From IMG/VR virus record IMGVR_UViG_3300044568_003163, positions 1 to 64,000 of that record: a DNA stretch of 64,000 nt; one strand, written 5' to 3'. Under the pieces are notes generated by a model, which saw only the letters and a list, made by a program, of their open reading frames with translations, made no database searches and had not been told where the DNA came from. The position numbers and the translations under genes were made by a program. Positions 12,201 through 21,600 of the stretch are shown piece by piece. Position 1 is the first letter of the stretch, and each line of letters opens with the position of its first letter.

Positions 12201-13107
12201 ACAATCCAAATTTACCAGTTTTTCGATATATTTTACTCGGTAATAAATTAGATATTTGTGGATCCGGTGCGGTAGAAAAAATATCGGTAATATCAGTTTG
12301 TCTGTACTTACCGAAATTAGGTGCAGTTGCATCTACGTTTTTCCAATATTCTTTAAGTCTAACGTTTTGATATCCATAAAATTTAAGAATATTGATTATC
12401 GCTTTATATGAACCTACATAAGGAAATATATTGTGATATTCAAGTAGAAGTTCTTTTCGTTTTCGATTAATCAATCGCCAATCTGTTCCTTCTTCTTTTA
12501 CTTCAGAAGCATCAAATATAATAGAATCAGAAGGAAGTATATCGTTCCCTAAAGACATTAATAAAGATTTTAACCTTTCGTCTTCGGACTCTCCTTCACC
12601 GTATATTTCTATTTCAGCGAATATTAAATTATTTTCGTCTCTAATATACATGATAGAAGAGAATCCATCTTCTCTACTAGGTTGAAATGCAATATTAATT
12701 TGTAAAGCTTTAGAATTAATCACCGACAAAGATTTCATATCATTAGGCAAGATTGTCATTGATGGATCGTAGTCTAGCTTACCCAAATTTTTATTTTGAA
12801 AATGAACAAATTCAGTATCAGTTATATCGTATATAAAAATTTCTGGTACCGGTAACTTAGGATTGAATCCGGCAGTAATACCTTGATTTCTGAGAGTTGA
12901 ACCATAATTACTATAAGGATATCCGTATTGAGGATATCCAGTGGCAGAATCTACTAACTCTTCTAAAATATATAGCTGTTGATTTTCTATCAGTCCCTCC
13001 GATATAGTGTGCATGTCAATTCGACCTGTCCATTTATCTAAGGTTGGATTATAATCGAAATTGCAATATTCTCCCTTTTTATTAAAAAATTTTAAGTGTT
13101 GGTACAT
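9286..13107 (-). CDS. Baseplate wedge protein (gp7/P2 gpI-like) with C-terminal PKD-like domains
   Basis: FPYVGSYKAIINILKFYGY gpI/gp7-like motif; PKD-like ends (YVGKYDVELRLWD; GSYSLSLTIEDSNGN); next to the gp6-like gene. Confidence 0.6.
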   Translation of the reverse strand: MYQHLKFFNKKGEYCNFDYNPTLDKWTGRIDMHTISEGLIENQQLYILEELVDSATGYPQYGYPYSNYGSTLRNQGITAGFNPKLPVPEIFIYDITDTEFVHFQNKNLGKLDYDPSMTILPNDMKSLSVINSKALQINIAFQPSREDGFSSIMYIRDENNLIFAEIEIYGEGESEDERLKSLLMSLGNDILPSDSIIFDASEVKEEGTDWRLINRKRKELLLEYHNIFPYVGSYKAIINILKFYGYQNVRLKEYWKNVDATAPNFGKYRQTDITDIFSTAPDPQISNLLPSKIYRKTGKFGLFYDITVESGEYDDDGLPIVEEVYTFTPEEVLTKIFALKKKLIQYFLPINTQIVDITGEAIFFAQYKINNVISRNRIDSISMGIHPKYEVYPSEKGYIQDLRALQFLGAPIGPDVSAAGYSNYLVWRFHVNSNIITNANQAISTEIVYTVGSNSYVGGYDFYFHDPRRSTNDISEEEICARLAKSINNPTYSVYNNQQDIEFIQANVYAYPELDNPGWVRIVSRGPVPGATSATAPEISFVCSVLTGFPSTYPSSQLNIPAIISSATGTYGAAGPPVSLYNTAYVGFFEDMNLPVSGLSDDANIPIGFPVILKNKTFDITWDNADANFNQVDSIGSTFSTLYSQFNNSFEVIGWTGSTSIINPITIGVTGFPSNNYPHQFTYSWENIGYMGYHEMQWIISKSEDETPAYRLDTGPKTIYEINEFATNLPYVGKYDVELRLWDLFNNQAYTSNMQQIEVEAKEADFIGWYTKRELDYTFDDIRRQVQNIEATNKVGSGSQWQIPTPNQFLTWDEYASNWDLPLQPNEAIEMAEITGNSLDSIEFYQTMINPIDNPLVDRYPYRFNLIGNIPTWDDAYHLWWDNTGTRITEWKITGTTGIGATSGTIWMTRANSTLNLSNNKYYEVGPTGWTGPTSTTIAGTTGDIAYVASLDTTFVNDGTLWNLVSDELEVVKVNFPIGGNDKDNMISIVDALNTFAPTSKLFKDFIYYYNEEYDATNALIPYVKAASVGFDKYGRHRIGYNNLIGETNSYDTQYFGYLGDIPTHFEIYQIPSGSTGATFTVQYNEGATASYEYVIGATSLSKLVKELNGATAQALPVIGDFVYNMVYGAAGWTGGTGPSSFSEVKIQGVAKRFTEPQTINTTYGTGVKGTWMGRSLIKNPSWNDIRILKYQQELPILTSVNFTYDSSKMVGKTNFTWLLQKDDDTSFEDIYYNNPYFSYMFTLRGSYSLSLTIEDSNGNKKTIKKQELIKIV

Positions 13108-13355
13108 TATAGGTTATATCTTCTATCGTTTTTATCGATGGTGTAATTAAAAAAGAATTGAATTTGTTTTACCGAATCAGTTAATTCTATTAATAACGGA
13201 TCAGTCATTTCCAAGAATTTTGCAATTCTAGGATTGCCATATAGAGCCGGAGAAAGAAATCTAGAAAGTAGACCATTTTTTGCATAGTCATATCCATTAC
13301 CTTCTCGATTCTCTGAGTCTTGAACTATTTTATTATATATCGAATCTTTATACAT
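13107..13355 (-). CDS. Small baseplate-associated hypothetical protein
   Basis: Stop/start overlaps with both neighbours (translational coupling). Confidence 0.55.
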   Translation of the reverse strand: MYKDSIYNKIVQDSENREGNGYDYAKNGLLSRFLSPALYGNPRIAKFLEMTDPLLIELTDSVKQIQFFFNYTIDKNDRRYNL

Positions 13356-15118
13356 TACTTAAGCGCAGATTTATTTGAGTTCATCATTCGGATCGGTAAT
13401 GATTCTCTGATAACTTCTTTGACCACTAGATTGACGGATGAATATTGATTATAAGATATACCATCTTCGTAATAATTTCCAAAGCGATCATACCAACCTC
13501 CTCTTATTATAGGTTGTTCGTTTAATCCAATCTTAACGTCACCGAAATCATCTAATCCTAAATTTGGATCGTCTCCAGAATTTAGCATTATTTGATTATC
13601 CGTAACAATGGTAATACCTCTAACTTTATCAATTGATGTAACCTTTTGTATATAATATCCATCTATTATAGCTCTTTCGTTAGCTTCAGATACAAAAGAT
13701 AGATTAACCGAATCTACTCCTTTAATGTTTTCAATCAAAGCAATTATATCAGATTTTGGAATTTTATCTCTTCGTTTCACTTTAAGTAAGTAATCTGTTA
13801 ATTTTGTGAGAATTTCTCCTTTTAATGTATTCTGATCTACCGTATCATATATCCTTAAATAAATATTTGTTACGTATTTAGTAATGATCGGATCTACTAT
13901 TTGTAATTCCGTACCCATAATTTGTCTACCGCTCATATCAATAAATTCTATCAGAGCTTGTTTTTCATCGGAGTCTAAATAAAAATTTTGTAGATTTGTA
14001 GTAAAATAATCAGTGTTGTTTGTTAATCTTTTAGCAATATCAGGTATCAAAAATAAATAGACTACATTATCATCTGCAATATAATCGTCATCAAATGTAT
14101 TGTATGCATCAACATATGCATAATTAAATCTTGATAGATAATTGATGTAGTTGTCAGCATTTGCTAATATAAAAGACCTACTCATCTTAGGTGCAATTAA
14201 TTTTGTCAACTCAGGATTTTCTGAATCAGCACCTAAAATTATAGGTTTTTCAATAGATACATTTAATATCGTATTCAAATCAACCTCTTCTCCGGTATTG
14301 CTATATCCTGGATCGTCAAATTTGAATTGTATGTCTGAAGATTTAGAATATATATTGCCTTCAAATCCATCAGTTTTAACATATTGCACATTTATCACAG
14401 AACCTAAAGCTGGTATAGTTCCAAAATCTTCATTTCCAAAATATATGTCTATTCCGCCAGAAATTCCAGTTTTAACTAAGCATTTTTTATCTCCTTTATT
14501 CATATCATATAATGAATCTATGATATCATAAGCTTCACCATTAACCGTGATATAAATTAAATCATTTTCTATCGTACTTTTAGAAATAACAGTAAAAGAT
14601 TGTAATGCTTTACCGGTACCTGTTAAGGTTTGATTTTCTAATTCTCCTTGTATAATTTTTAACGGAGTTATTTCCGTAGAATTTAATGGAATTCTTAAAT
14701 TACCATTTACATTACCTAATTGAACGAAATATTTTTTATTGTTATTAATACAGGTAATCTTAGTTTTATCTAAAATTAGGATATAACTTGCATTTATAGG
14801 TGCATCAGCACCAGGAGCTATTTTAACGTTTATTGTTCCTTGAGAAGAAATAGATCTAGTAGGATTATGTCCAGTCAATCTAGCCCAACCATATATAGAT
14901 CTTTGTTTCGTTGCTGTGTAAATATTTAACTCTACTAAAGAATCTTCTATATAGTAAAATATCAATTGTCCAAATTCTTGGATTACTGCAATAATTTGAC
15001 CAAATGGCGAAGATTTCGATAACACTGAGCCTGCTTGATTGTATGTATCAATCAACCAATTTCTGATCTTTAATTGTATATCATTAAAGGATATTTTATT
15101 TGTTTCTAAAAATTTCAT
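13355..15118 (-). CDS. Baseplate wedge protein, T4 gp6-like
   Basis: ISFNDIQLKIRNWL N-terminus, YVKTDGFEGN and GADSENPELTKLIAP motifs typical of gp6/baseplate J. Start moved to ATG 15118 (MKFLE) to remove the overlap with the gp25-like gene. Confidence 0.75.
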   Translation of the reverse strand: MKFLETNKISFNDIQLKIRNWLIDTYNQAGSVLSKSSPFGQIIAVIQEFGQLIFYYIEDSLVELNIYTATKQRSIYGWARLTGHNPTRSISSQGTINVKIAPGADAPINASYILILDKTKITCINNNKKYFVQLGNVNGNLRIPLNSTEITPLKIIQGELENQTLTGTGKALQSFTVISKSTIENDLIYITVNGEAYDIIDSLYDMNKGDKKCLVKTGISGGIDIYFGNEDFGTIPALGSVINVQYVKTDGFEGNIYSKSSDIQFKFDDPGYSNTGEEVDLNTILNVSIEKPIILGADSENPELTKLIAPKMSRSFILANADNYINYLSRFNYAYVDAYNTFDDDYIADDNVVYLFLIPDIAKRLTNNTDYFTTNLQNFYLDSDEKQALIEFIDMSGRQIMGTELQIVDPIITKYVTNIYLRIYDTVDQNTLKGEILTKLTDYLLKVKRRDKIPKSDIIALIENIKGVDSVNLSFVSEANERAIIDGYYIQKVTSIDKVRGITIVTDNQIMLNSGDDPNLGLDDFGDVKIGLNEQPIIRGGWYDRFGNYYEDGISYNQYSSVNLVVKEVIRESLPIRMMNSNKSALK

Positions 15119-15131
15119 TGTTTGTTTTTCT

Positions 15132-15503
15132 TTATGGTTCGACTGCGTAACCAGCAACTTTTGTTCCGTCTATTAATATGTCTAAAATTATAGTGTCCCA
15201 TACTTCTCCTTTTAAGAAGTTAACGTCGACATCTAAATTAATGCCTTTAAATGTTTCTTGATCGATATATTTTAAAAACTGAGTCATCGCATCTTGTTTA
15301 ATATGCGAAGATCCTTTTGATGTCGACCAAATATATGCATCTAAAGATAATCCAAAATCAGGATCGCCTAAAACACTCCCTTTAGGAGTAGTCAAAATCA
15401 TTTCTACTTCCTGCAAAAACATTTCCATTCGATTATTAGTTTCAATTTCATCGGCATCATAATAAGGATATGTGTCCATTTTGAAATATAGGTCTATAGC
15501 CAT
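15132..15503 (-). CDS. Baseplate protein, gp25-like
   Basis: MILTTPKGSVLGDPDFGLSLDAYIW is the gp25/GPW signature; 123 aa. Confidence 0.85.
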   Translation of the reverse strand: MAIDLYFKMDTYPYYDADEIETNNRMEMFLQEVEMILTTPKGSVLGDPDFGLSLDAYIWSTSKGSSHIKQDAMTQFLKYIDQETFKGINLDVDVNFLKGEVWDTIILDILIDGTKVAGYAVEP

Positions 15504-15519
15504 ATTAGTAGTTTATTTA

Positions 15520-16266
15520 TTAAGAACCTCCAGAAGTAAAGAAAAAATCCATTCCTTCTTCTTCTTTTACTTCAGTTTCGATTTTTTCGATTTCTTCTTT
15601 ACCTTCGTCTCGAATCAAATCATAATTAATTTTAATTCCACCGGGTAAATTGAAGTCGAAAGTTCCAAGAATACGAGAAAGTTGAACTTTACATTTAGCA
15701 ACTACATATCGGTAGAATATTTCGTCGTTCATCAAATGTTCTAAAGGTATTTTTGCGTAGCACATTGCAACACAATCTCTATTAGGAGTTTCTCCACCAA
15801 TAAATAGTCTATGCGAGTTTCTATTGTAATTAAAACTAATAGTGTGATTAATTATGTGTGATGCAACATCCATCCAATACATATTTAATGTATAGTACAT
15901 TAAGTTTTCAGTACCTTGTCCTAATGATACAGAATCAGAAAGAAACAATCTTTCAATACCAAAATCCGCAGTACCATCAAAAGACATAGATCTAGCAAAA
16001 TCTTCTTTTAATTTTTTAAGTTGCCAAACCGAAAATACACAATCTGGCATAGTAACAGTTCTATCTGTTTTAAATTGAGTTTGTTTAAATAACTCAGTCG
16101 TAATAAAATAATATCTTTCTTCGACTGCATCTTCGTATTTTTTATAAAACCAATCAGCTGAATATTTTATGATTCTATTTATTTCCGGAATAGGAACCGT
16201 AAATGGTAATGCACAAGCAACAGAAAGTTCTTGTTGTACGTTTGCTATGAATTCATCGTTCGTCAC
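15520..16266 (-). CDS. Neck protein, T4 gp13-like
   Basis: C-terminal KVQLSRILGTFDFNLPGGIKINYDLIRDEGKEEIEKIE matches the gp13 LPGG motif. Confidence 0.75.
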   Translation of the reverse strand: MTNDEFIANVQQELSVACALPFTVPIPEINRIIKYSADWFYKKYEDAVEERYYFITTELFKQTQFKTDRTVTMPDCVFSVWQLKKLKEDFARSMSFDGTADFGIERLFLSDSVSLGQGTENLMYYTLNMYWMDVASHIINHTISFNYNRNSHRLFIGGETPNRDCVAMCYAKIPLEHLMNDEIFYRYVVAKCKVQLSRILGTFDFNLPGGIKINYDLIRDEGKEEIEKIETEVKEEEGMDFFFTSGGS

Positions 16267-17627
16267 AGTTGGTTAAATTTTTTTGTAGGTATAATGATTT
16301 GGTCTCCGGCAACAACATAACCAGATTTTAGTGGCTGATATTGTATAACTTTTGTATCTTTCGATACATCAGCAAATAAACCTATTTTTCCTTTTTTGAA
16401 AATACCTTTAGTCATTTTGCCATTTAGTACTCCATTCATTCCATCGAACTCGCAATCTATTAAATTAGTAGTTCGATTAGAGAAAGAATTCATTAAATTG
16501 CAATTCGTAACAATAGAATCTAGATATACGTTTGATTGTATAATTGTTGCATTAACAATTTTACAGTCGTAGAAATCCGATCTATGGAAGATACCATTTT
16601 CAATTTCACAACTGATAAATTCAAGACCTTCTATTTCTTTACATTTAATTTTTGCATCTCTAATCTGTATTACTGAAAGTGTTGAATCGTAGTTAATTTC
16701 GAATTCGTTATTAGAAAATTGGCAATTAGTAAATATTGTAAAAAGACGATCTCGGAGTATATTGTAATAAGATTCAAGTACTTTTTGATCTGAAACTAAA
16801 TCTGCGGTAAATTTAACTTTAGGAAAGTTTTTCTTAAACAGAGCATAGTCTAAATAAGATTGTCTAATCTTTTCTTTTACGGAAATAGCCTTTTCAAAAG
16901 CCTTAAGATTTTCTTTTGTAAATGATTTATTTATTACGCAATCCCATGAAGTAACAATAAATTGATTGATAGTATCTAGAACAAGACCTACTTTAGATTG
17001 ATAACCGGAACCTCCAATATATTGCATTCTCAAAAATCCTTGATTAAGGGTTTCGAAATTAATGCCACAATTTTGAGTAGATGGAATATCATAAACTCTT
17101 GGATCTACGGCTTCTGCCTCTCTCGGTATAAATTTTTGGGTTGGTTCGAATCTTATTATTGATTGCGAATTAAACGAATCCTTCCTAGAAGGAAACGCTT
17201 TATAGACTTTCTCTTCGTCAAACTCTAATATAAATTTAAGTTTGTCAATATTGTCTATTTTTGTAGCAGTTGAAAAAAGAGTTCCTTTAAAAGGTCCTTT
17301 CTCTTCGTCTAAAAATTTTAGATCTACGAAGAAATTGTCGTTTCTTCCAGTAGAACCATTTCGTTCAATCCATTTTAATAAATCGATAGTAATTAATCTA
17401 GCATCTCTACATAACATAAAGCTAGTAGAAAAATGATACACACCATCTTCTGATCTTTTTAATTGGAAATTATACGAAGAAGCTTCATTTGGAGAAATCT
17501 TCGTCTTAAGTAATTTAGACAATTCGGAAACTGCTGATTTAGGCTCTTTAGTAGATTCAAAATCAGCAGTTATGCGAATTAAAGATTTTTCAAATAAAGC
17601 TGTTAAATTGTAGGAGTTGAAATTCAT
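16263..17627 (-). CDS. Hypothetical protein, possibly a degenerate amidoligase-like domain plus C-terminal beta-helix-like repeats
   Basis: GINF..L..GFLRMQYIGG resembles the phage amidoligase LEFRYIGG motif; short C/D-x4 repeats in the C-terminal third. Confidence 0.35.
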   Translation of the reverse strand: MNFNSYNLTALFEKSLIRITADFESTKEPKSAVSELSKLLKTKISPNEASSYNFQLKRSEDGVYHFSTSFMLCRDARLITIDLLKWIERNGSTGRNDNFFVDLKFLDEEKGPFKGTLFSTATKIDNIDKLKFILEFDEEKVYKAFPSRKDSFNSQSIIRFEPTQKFIPREAEAVDPRVYDIPSTQNCGINFETLNQGFLRMQYIGGSGYQSKVGLVLDTINQFIVTSWDCVINKSFTKENLKAFEKAISVKEKIRQSYLDYALFKKNFPKVKFTADLVSDQKVLESYYNILRDRLFTIFTNCQFSNNEFEINYDSTLSVIQIRDAKIKCKEIEGLEFISCEIENGIFHRSDFYDCKIVNATIIQSNVYLDSIVTNCNLMNSFSNRTTNLIDCEFDGMNGVLNGKMTKGIFKKGKIGLFADVSKDTKVIQYQPLKSGYVVAGDQIIIPTKKFNQL

Positions 17628-17660
17628 CTATAGCTTTCTTTTATTATATATTCCAGAAGG

Positions 17661-18824
17661 CTACATAGCAAAATCAACTTTTTTAGATTCTTTATCGATT
17701 CTAGTTATTTTAACGTCAATTTCTTGACCTACTTCTAATTCAATATCTTCTCTTAAATAAGTTTTGTGAAGTAGACCAACTATTTTAGGTTCAATCTCTA
17801 CGAAAGCACCATATCTAACGATCTTTTTAACTCTACCTGTAACTGTTGATGGAACTTTATATCTATCTTCGATATCGTCCCAAGCAGATGGTTGAACTTC
17901 AATAACTTTCTGTGAAAGTACAATTTTATCGTTATCAATAATTTCTTTGATGTAGAATTCAATTGCATCACCTGGTTTAATTTTTTGAGCATCGAAATTA
18001 TCAACATTTTCAGGAAGAATATCGTTTCTACCAATAAGACCAGTTAAGCAACCGTTGAATTCCGCAAATATACCATGACGTGAACATCCAGTTACAAATC
18101 CTTTGTATAAAATACCCATTTGTAACTCTGATATCGTTTGTGGTACTAAAGCCTTTAGATATTCTCTATGAGATACAACAATATAATCTTTCTCTTTTGA
18201 GTAGTTTATAGCAGTAACATAAAGAGATTTACCAATAAGGGCATCAAAATCGATTAATTTGTTCATTCCACCAAGAGAACCTGGCATGAAACATTGAACT
18301 CCGGCGATATTTACAAAATAACCTCCATGGATTAATTCAGTCACAATTCCAAGATAAGCCATTGGTTTTCCTATTGCATCTAATAACTCATCACGTTTCT
18401 TCGAGATAATGTTCTTAGAATAAGAAGCTTGAATGTTATAAACTGAATTAGTGTGGGTTGTACCAACTCGATCAATAATTACTTCAATAGGAAATCCTAC
18501 TTGAATGTATTTAAGGTATTCTGGATTTTCTTTTCTTAGCTCGATCATTGCATCTTCTCTCCAATTGATGTCAATAATTGCATGATCTGCATTAATAGAA
18601 ACTACTGTTCCTTGTACTACTGAACCAGTTTTAGGTTCAACGAAATTAGTAAGAGAACCTTCATAAAGCTCGTATAATTCTTGAGCATAAGGTGCTGAAC
18701 AATAAATTTTAGAAGAATCTCCTGTATGTTTTTTGATTCGTTTATTTATTGTAAGTTTTGTAGGATTTTCAGATTCAAAAGAATCCCAATCAAATTCGCC
18801 ATTTGGCGTTTTTAGTTCTTGCAT
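17661..18824 (-). CDS. rpsA: Ribosomal protein S1 homolog (about four S1 domains)
   Basis: Repeated S1 motifs (GSVVQGTVV, GGYFVNIAGVQCFMPGS, HGIFAEFNGCLTGLI, YGAFVEIEPKIVGLLHKTYL); N-terminal EFDWDSFE resembles the Bacteroidota bS1 leader. Confidence 0.85.
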   Translation of the reverse strand: MQELKTPNGEFDWDSFESENPTKLTINKRIKKHTGDSSKIYCSAPYAQELYELYEGSLTNFVEPKTGSVVQGTVVSINADHAIIDINWREDAMIELRKENPEYLKYIQVGFPIEVIIDRVGTTHTNSVYNIQASYSKNIISKKRDELLDAIGKPMAYLGIVTELIHGGYFVNIAGVQCFMPGSLGGMNKLIDFDALIGKSLYVTAINYSKEKDYIVVSHREYLKALVPQTISELQMGILYKGFVTGCSRHGIFAEFNGCLTGLIGRNDILPENVDNFDAQKIKPGDAIEFYIKEIIDNDKIVLSQKVIEVQPSAWDDIEDRYKVPSTVTGRVKKIVRYGAFVEIEPKIVGLLHKTYLREDIELEVGQEIDVKITRIDKESKKVDFAM

Positions 18825-18883
18825 TTTTTAAATGTTAGAAGGTTAAAGATTATTGTAGTATTTTATTATATATCCAAGGCATC

Positions 18884-19297
18884 TTATGAAATTTTGGCCT
18901 TAGGTGAATCTTCAGTAGATTCTCCGGTGTATTCAGTCGAATTTATTTGACTTGCTATGTCTGAAGCAGTAAGAACTGCAGCTGCTGGAGTAGCAGTAGC
19001 AGTAGTATCTGTGGCTGGAGTCGGAGCAGATGGACCTTCAGCAGCAACAGAATTAGCGTTTACTCCTACTTTGATTCCTTGTGGAATCACGATATCTGCT
19101 GATTTTATATAAGCATCAATTGCATCGGCTACTTGATTAGCAAATACTGTAGCTGCTTGTTCTATTGCAACTGGTTGAGGCTTTTCTACGGGATTTTCGG
19201 AAGCCGCATTATTATCTAAAACTGCGATAAATGTTTTCCATCCATCAGCATAAGCTTTTTGAATTTGTTGATTGAACGTTGGTTTGTCTAATGCCAT
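18884..19297 (-). CDS. Hypothetical protein downstream of the gp5-like gene, Ala/Thr/Pro-rich linker
   Basis: ORF coupled to the gp5-like gene (shared base 19297). Confidence 0.55.
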   Translation of the reverse strand: MALDKPTFNQQIQKAYADGWKTFIAVLDNNAASENPVEKPQPVAIEQAATVFANQVADAIDAYIKSADIVIPQGIKVGVNANSVAAEGPSAPTPATDTTATATPAAAVLTASDIASQINSTEYTGESTEDSPKAKIS

Positions 19298-20166
19298 TAT
19301 AAAGTTTTTACGGATTTTTGTGATAATTCTCCTGGAGTCATTTTTTGATTAGGAGGAGATGTAGGAGAACCTAAGTTACCTGTATGTGTATGCTTATTAA
19401 AGAGTGCCATAAATTTTTCACCTAAAACTAAACTTTGAGCAGCACCAGCACCTAATGATATAGATGATGCATGATTGATCGTAACAGAAGCTCCAGATTT
19501 AATGGTTATAGCTCCACCGGATTCGATATCGGTAGTGGCAGATGTCTTCACTAAAGTTTTACCGGAAGTAGTAACTGTAGTATCTCCGGTTATTGTAACA
19601 TTCAATTTAGCATCGCCAATTATATTGATGTTATTTTTATGATAGATGTTCATTGTACCATCATCTAACATTTCTACGATACTTTTTCGCGAATCCGTAT
19701 GTAAAATGATAGATTTATCCGGTCGTATATTAATTTGACTATTCTTATAATCTAACATCAATCCTTTTTGTTCAGTAAAGTAAACCTTTACAAATCCTTC
19801 GGTTATCGTGTCGTAAAGTAAAGAGTGAGCATTTGTATATGAGCCTTTGATTTCGTCTCGAAGTTGATCTGATATATTCTGTAAGAAAAAATACTCAGGA
19901 TGTCCAGTATTTCCACAATCAAATTTAATAGAAACTAAAGAACCTACTTTAGGTACAGAATAAAAACCACCACCAGTATCTGATCCACCAGTATGATTAT
20001 TTCCTGGATATGCCCACGGTATATCGGCAGTTGGAATTTCATCAAATTTCCCAAAAACTTTAACTTTAATTCGACCCATTTTCTGTGGATCTGCCACATC
20101 CATAACTTCTCCTAACCACGTAGTAGATAGTAAGTCATCAGCGTATGCATTTTGGTCATTTATCAT
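19297..20166 (-). CDS. Baseplate central spike, gp5/VgrG-like (Gp5 OB-fold plus beta-helix repeats)
   Basis: WLGEVMDVADPQKMGRIKVKVFG...IPWAYP...VPKVGSLVSIKFDCGN (Gp5_OB); C-terminal HTHTGNLGSPTSPP. Confidence 0.85.
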   Translation of the reverse strand: MINDQNAYADDLLSTTWLGEVMDVADPQKMGRIKVKVFGKFDEIPTADIPWAYPGNNHTGGSDTGGGFYSVPKVGSLVSIKFDCGNTGHPEYFFLQNISDQLRDEIKGSYTNAHSLLYDTITEGFVKVYFTEQKGLMLDYKNSQINIRPDKSIILHTDSRKSIVEMLDDGTMNIYHKNNINIIGDAKLNVTITGDTTVTTSGKTLVKTSATTDIESGGAITIKSGASVTINHASSISLGAGAAQSLVLGEKFMALFNKHTHTGNLGSPTSPPNQKMTPGELSQKSVKTL

Positions 20167-20199
20167 ATCTTATTATATGAGGTTTAAATTGTTTTGTTT

Positions 20200-21600
20200 T
20201 TATCCGTAAATATTACCTAAACTTGCTCTATCATCTGTATCATTTCGTAAAGATTTACTAGGTCCGGAATTTAATATAGCAGAAGCAGCATTGACTATTG
20301 CCGTTGGATCTCCGGTTAATGCTCCAGCGGCTAAACCTCCAGCAGTAGTAGCAGAAAATCCATATATGTTACCCATTAATAATTTACCAATTGATGAACT
20401 AATAAGTCTTTCTATTTTATCAGCGGCTAAAGAAGCAAAAGGCAATATTGCGTTATATTTTGGATTTAATACTGAAGATAATCCATAAGACATTTTAGTT
20501 GGATCGTCTCCGCTTTGTAATTGTCCAAAGGTCGATGTATTATCTTTACCACTAGCTTGAGACGATGATAGAGATGCATTATCTACTGCAGCACCATCTA
20601 ATAGGTTTATAATTGTATCTTGTATAAATTGATCGTTCGAATAAATGTTGTATAAATTTACTTCTTCTACCGATTTATAATTAAATACTATTTTTTGAGT
20701 AGCTTCTGCATCAGCTGAAGCAGAAGATATTTTAGTAAGATGAACGTTAGATTCGTCAGGTAGCCATTCACAGCTATCAAATTTGAATAAAAATCTATTG
20801 ATATATGGATTTATTGTATTTGCAGATTCGTTACCGTCGGATGGTGAGATTGCATCTTTAATACCTTTAATAGGATCTTTTTTAAATTCCTGAATTTTAT
20901 CTTTTATTTGACTTGTTGGTGATTTTTTAGAATCATTACCATACGGATCCTTACCTAAAAGTGTTTCATTTTGTTTTTGTTGTTCTGCATTAATATCAGG
21001 AATACCTGCCATCCTAGAAAGATCTAATAATCCACTAGGAGAAGGTTTTCCTTCTCTATTGATAGTTCTAAGTTCATATACGTAAATATAAACAGTAAAA
21101 GTTCGTAAATTATAAGGAACAATTTCTCTACGATATTGATAATCAAAACACGATTTTCTATAAAGGTCCATCAACGCCGACATTCTTAAGTCAATAGATT
21201 CTAAACAATCGATTGATATTTTTCTATCTTCTGGAAGTTTAGATATAAACTCCTCTTCATGAAATCCTCTTTTCCATGCATCAGCTAACCCATCGATTGA
21301 TTGAAAGAACCACGGAGTTGTTTTATTTATTAATTCTAAATGAGATACAAATTTCTTAAGATATTTAGCTCTCGCTAAATCTCCAATATTATTGAGATAA
21401 TTTAACGCGGTATTAGGCATTTCATCATTATAACATAATAATTTACCTTCTGGTTGATTAAAAAAGAAAAGTAATTTAAACCCAAGATATGTTGGATCTT
21501 GATAAAGCAAATATGGGTTCGTTGCAAAATGAAGATTAGTCTTTTTAAATTTATTAAGACCAGGATCTGTATATTTTGAACTTTTTAACGATAATGGCAT
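20200..21600 (-). CDS. Putative tail-tube initiator/baseplate protein
   Basis: QDPTYLGFKLLF and ISIDCLESIDLRM motifs; lies between hub and spike genes. Confidence 0.45.
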   Translation of the reverse strand: MPLSLKSSKYTDPGLNKFKKTNLHFATNPYLLYQDPTYLGFKLLFFFNQPEGKLLCYNDEMPNTALNYLNNIGDLARAKYLKKFVSHLELINKTTPWFFQSIDGLADAWKRGFHEEEFISKLPEDRKISIDCLESIDLRMSALMDLYRKSCFDYQYRREIVPYNLRTFTVYIYVYELRTINREGKPSPSGLLDLSRMAGIPDINAEQQKQNETLLGKDPYGNDSKKSPTSQIKDKIQEFKKDPIKGIKDAISPSDGNESANTINPYINRFLFKFDSCEWLPDESNVHLTKISSASADAEATQKIVFNYKSVEEVNLYNIYSNDQFIQDTIINLLDGAAVDNASLSSSQASGKDNTSTFGQLQSGDDPTKMSYGLSSVLNPKYNAILPFASLAADKIERLISSSIGKLLMGNIYGFSATTAGGLAAGALTGDPTAIVNAASAILNSGPSKSLRNDTDDRASLGNIYG

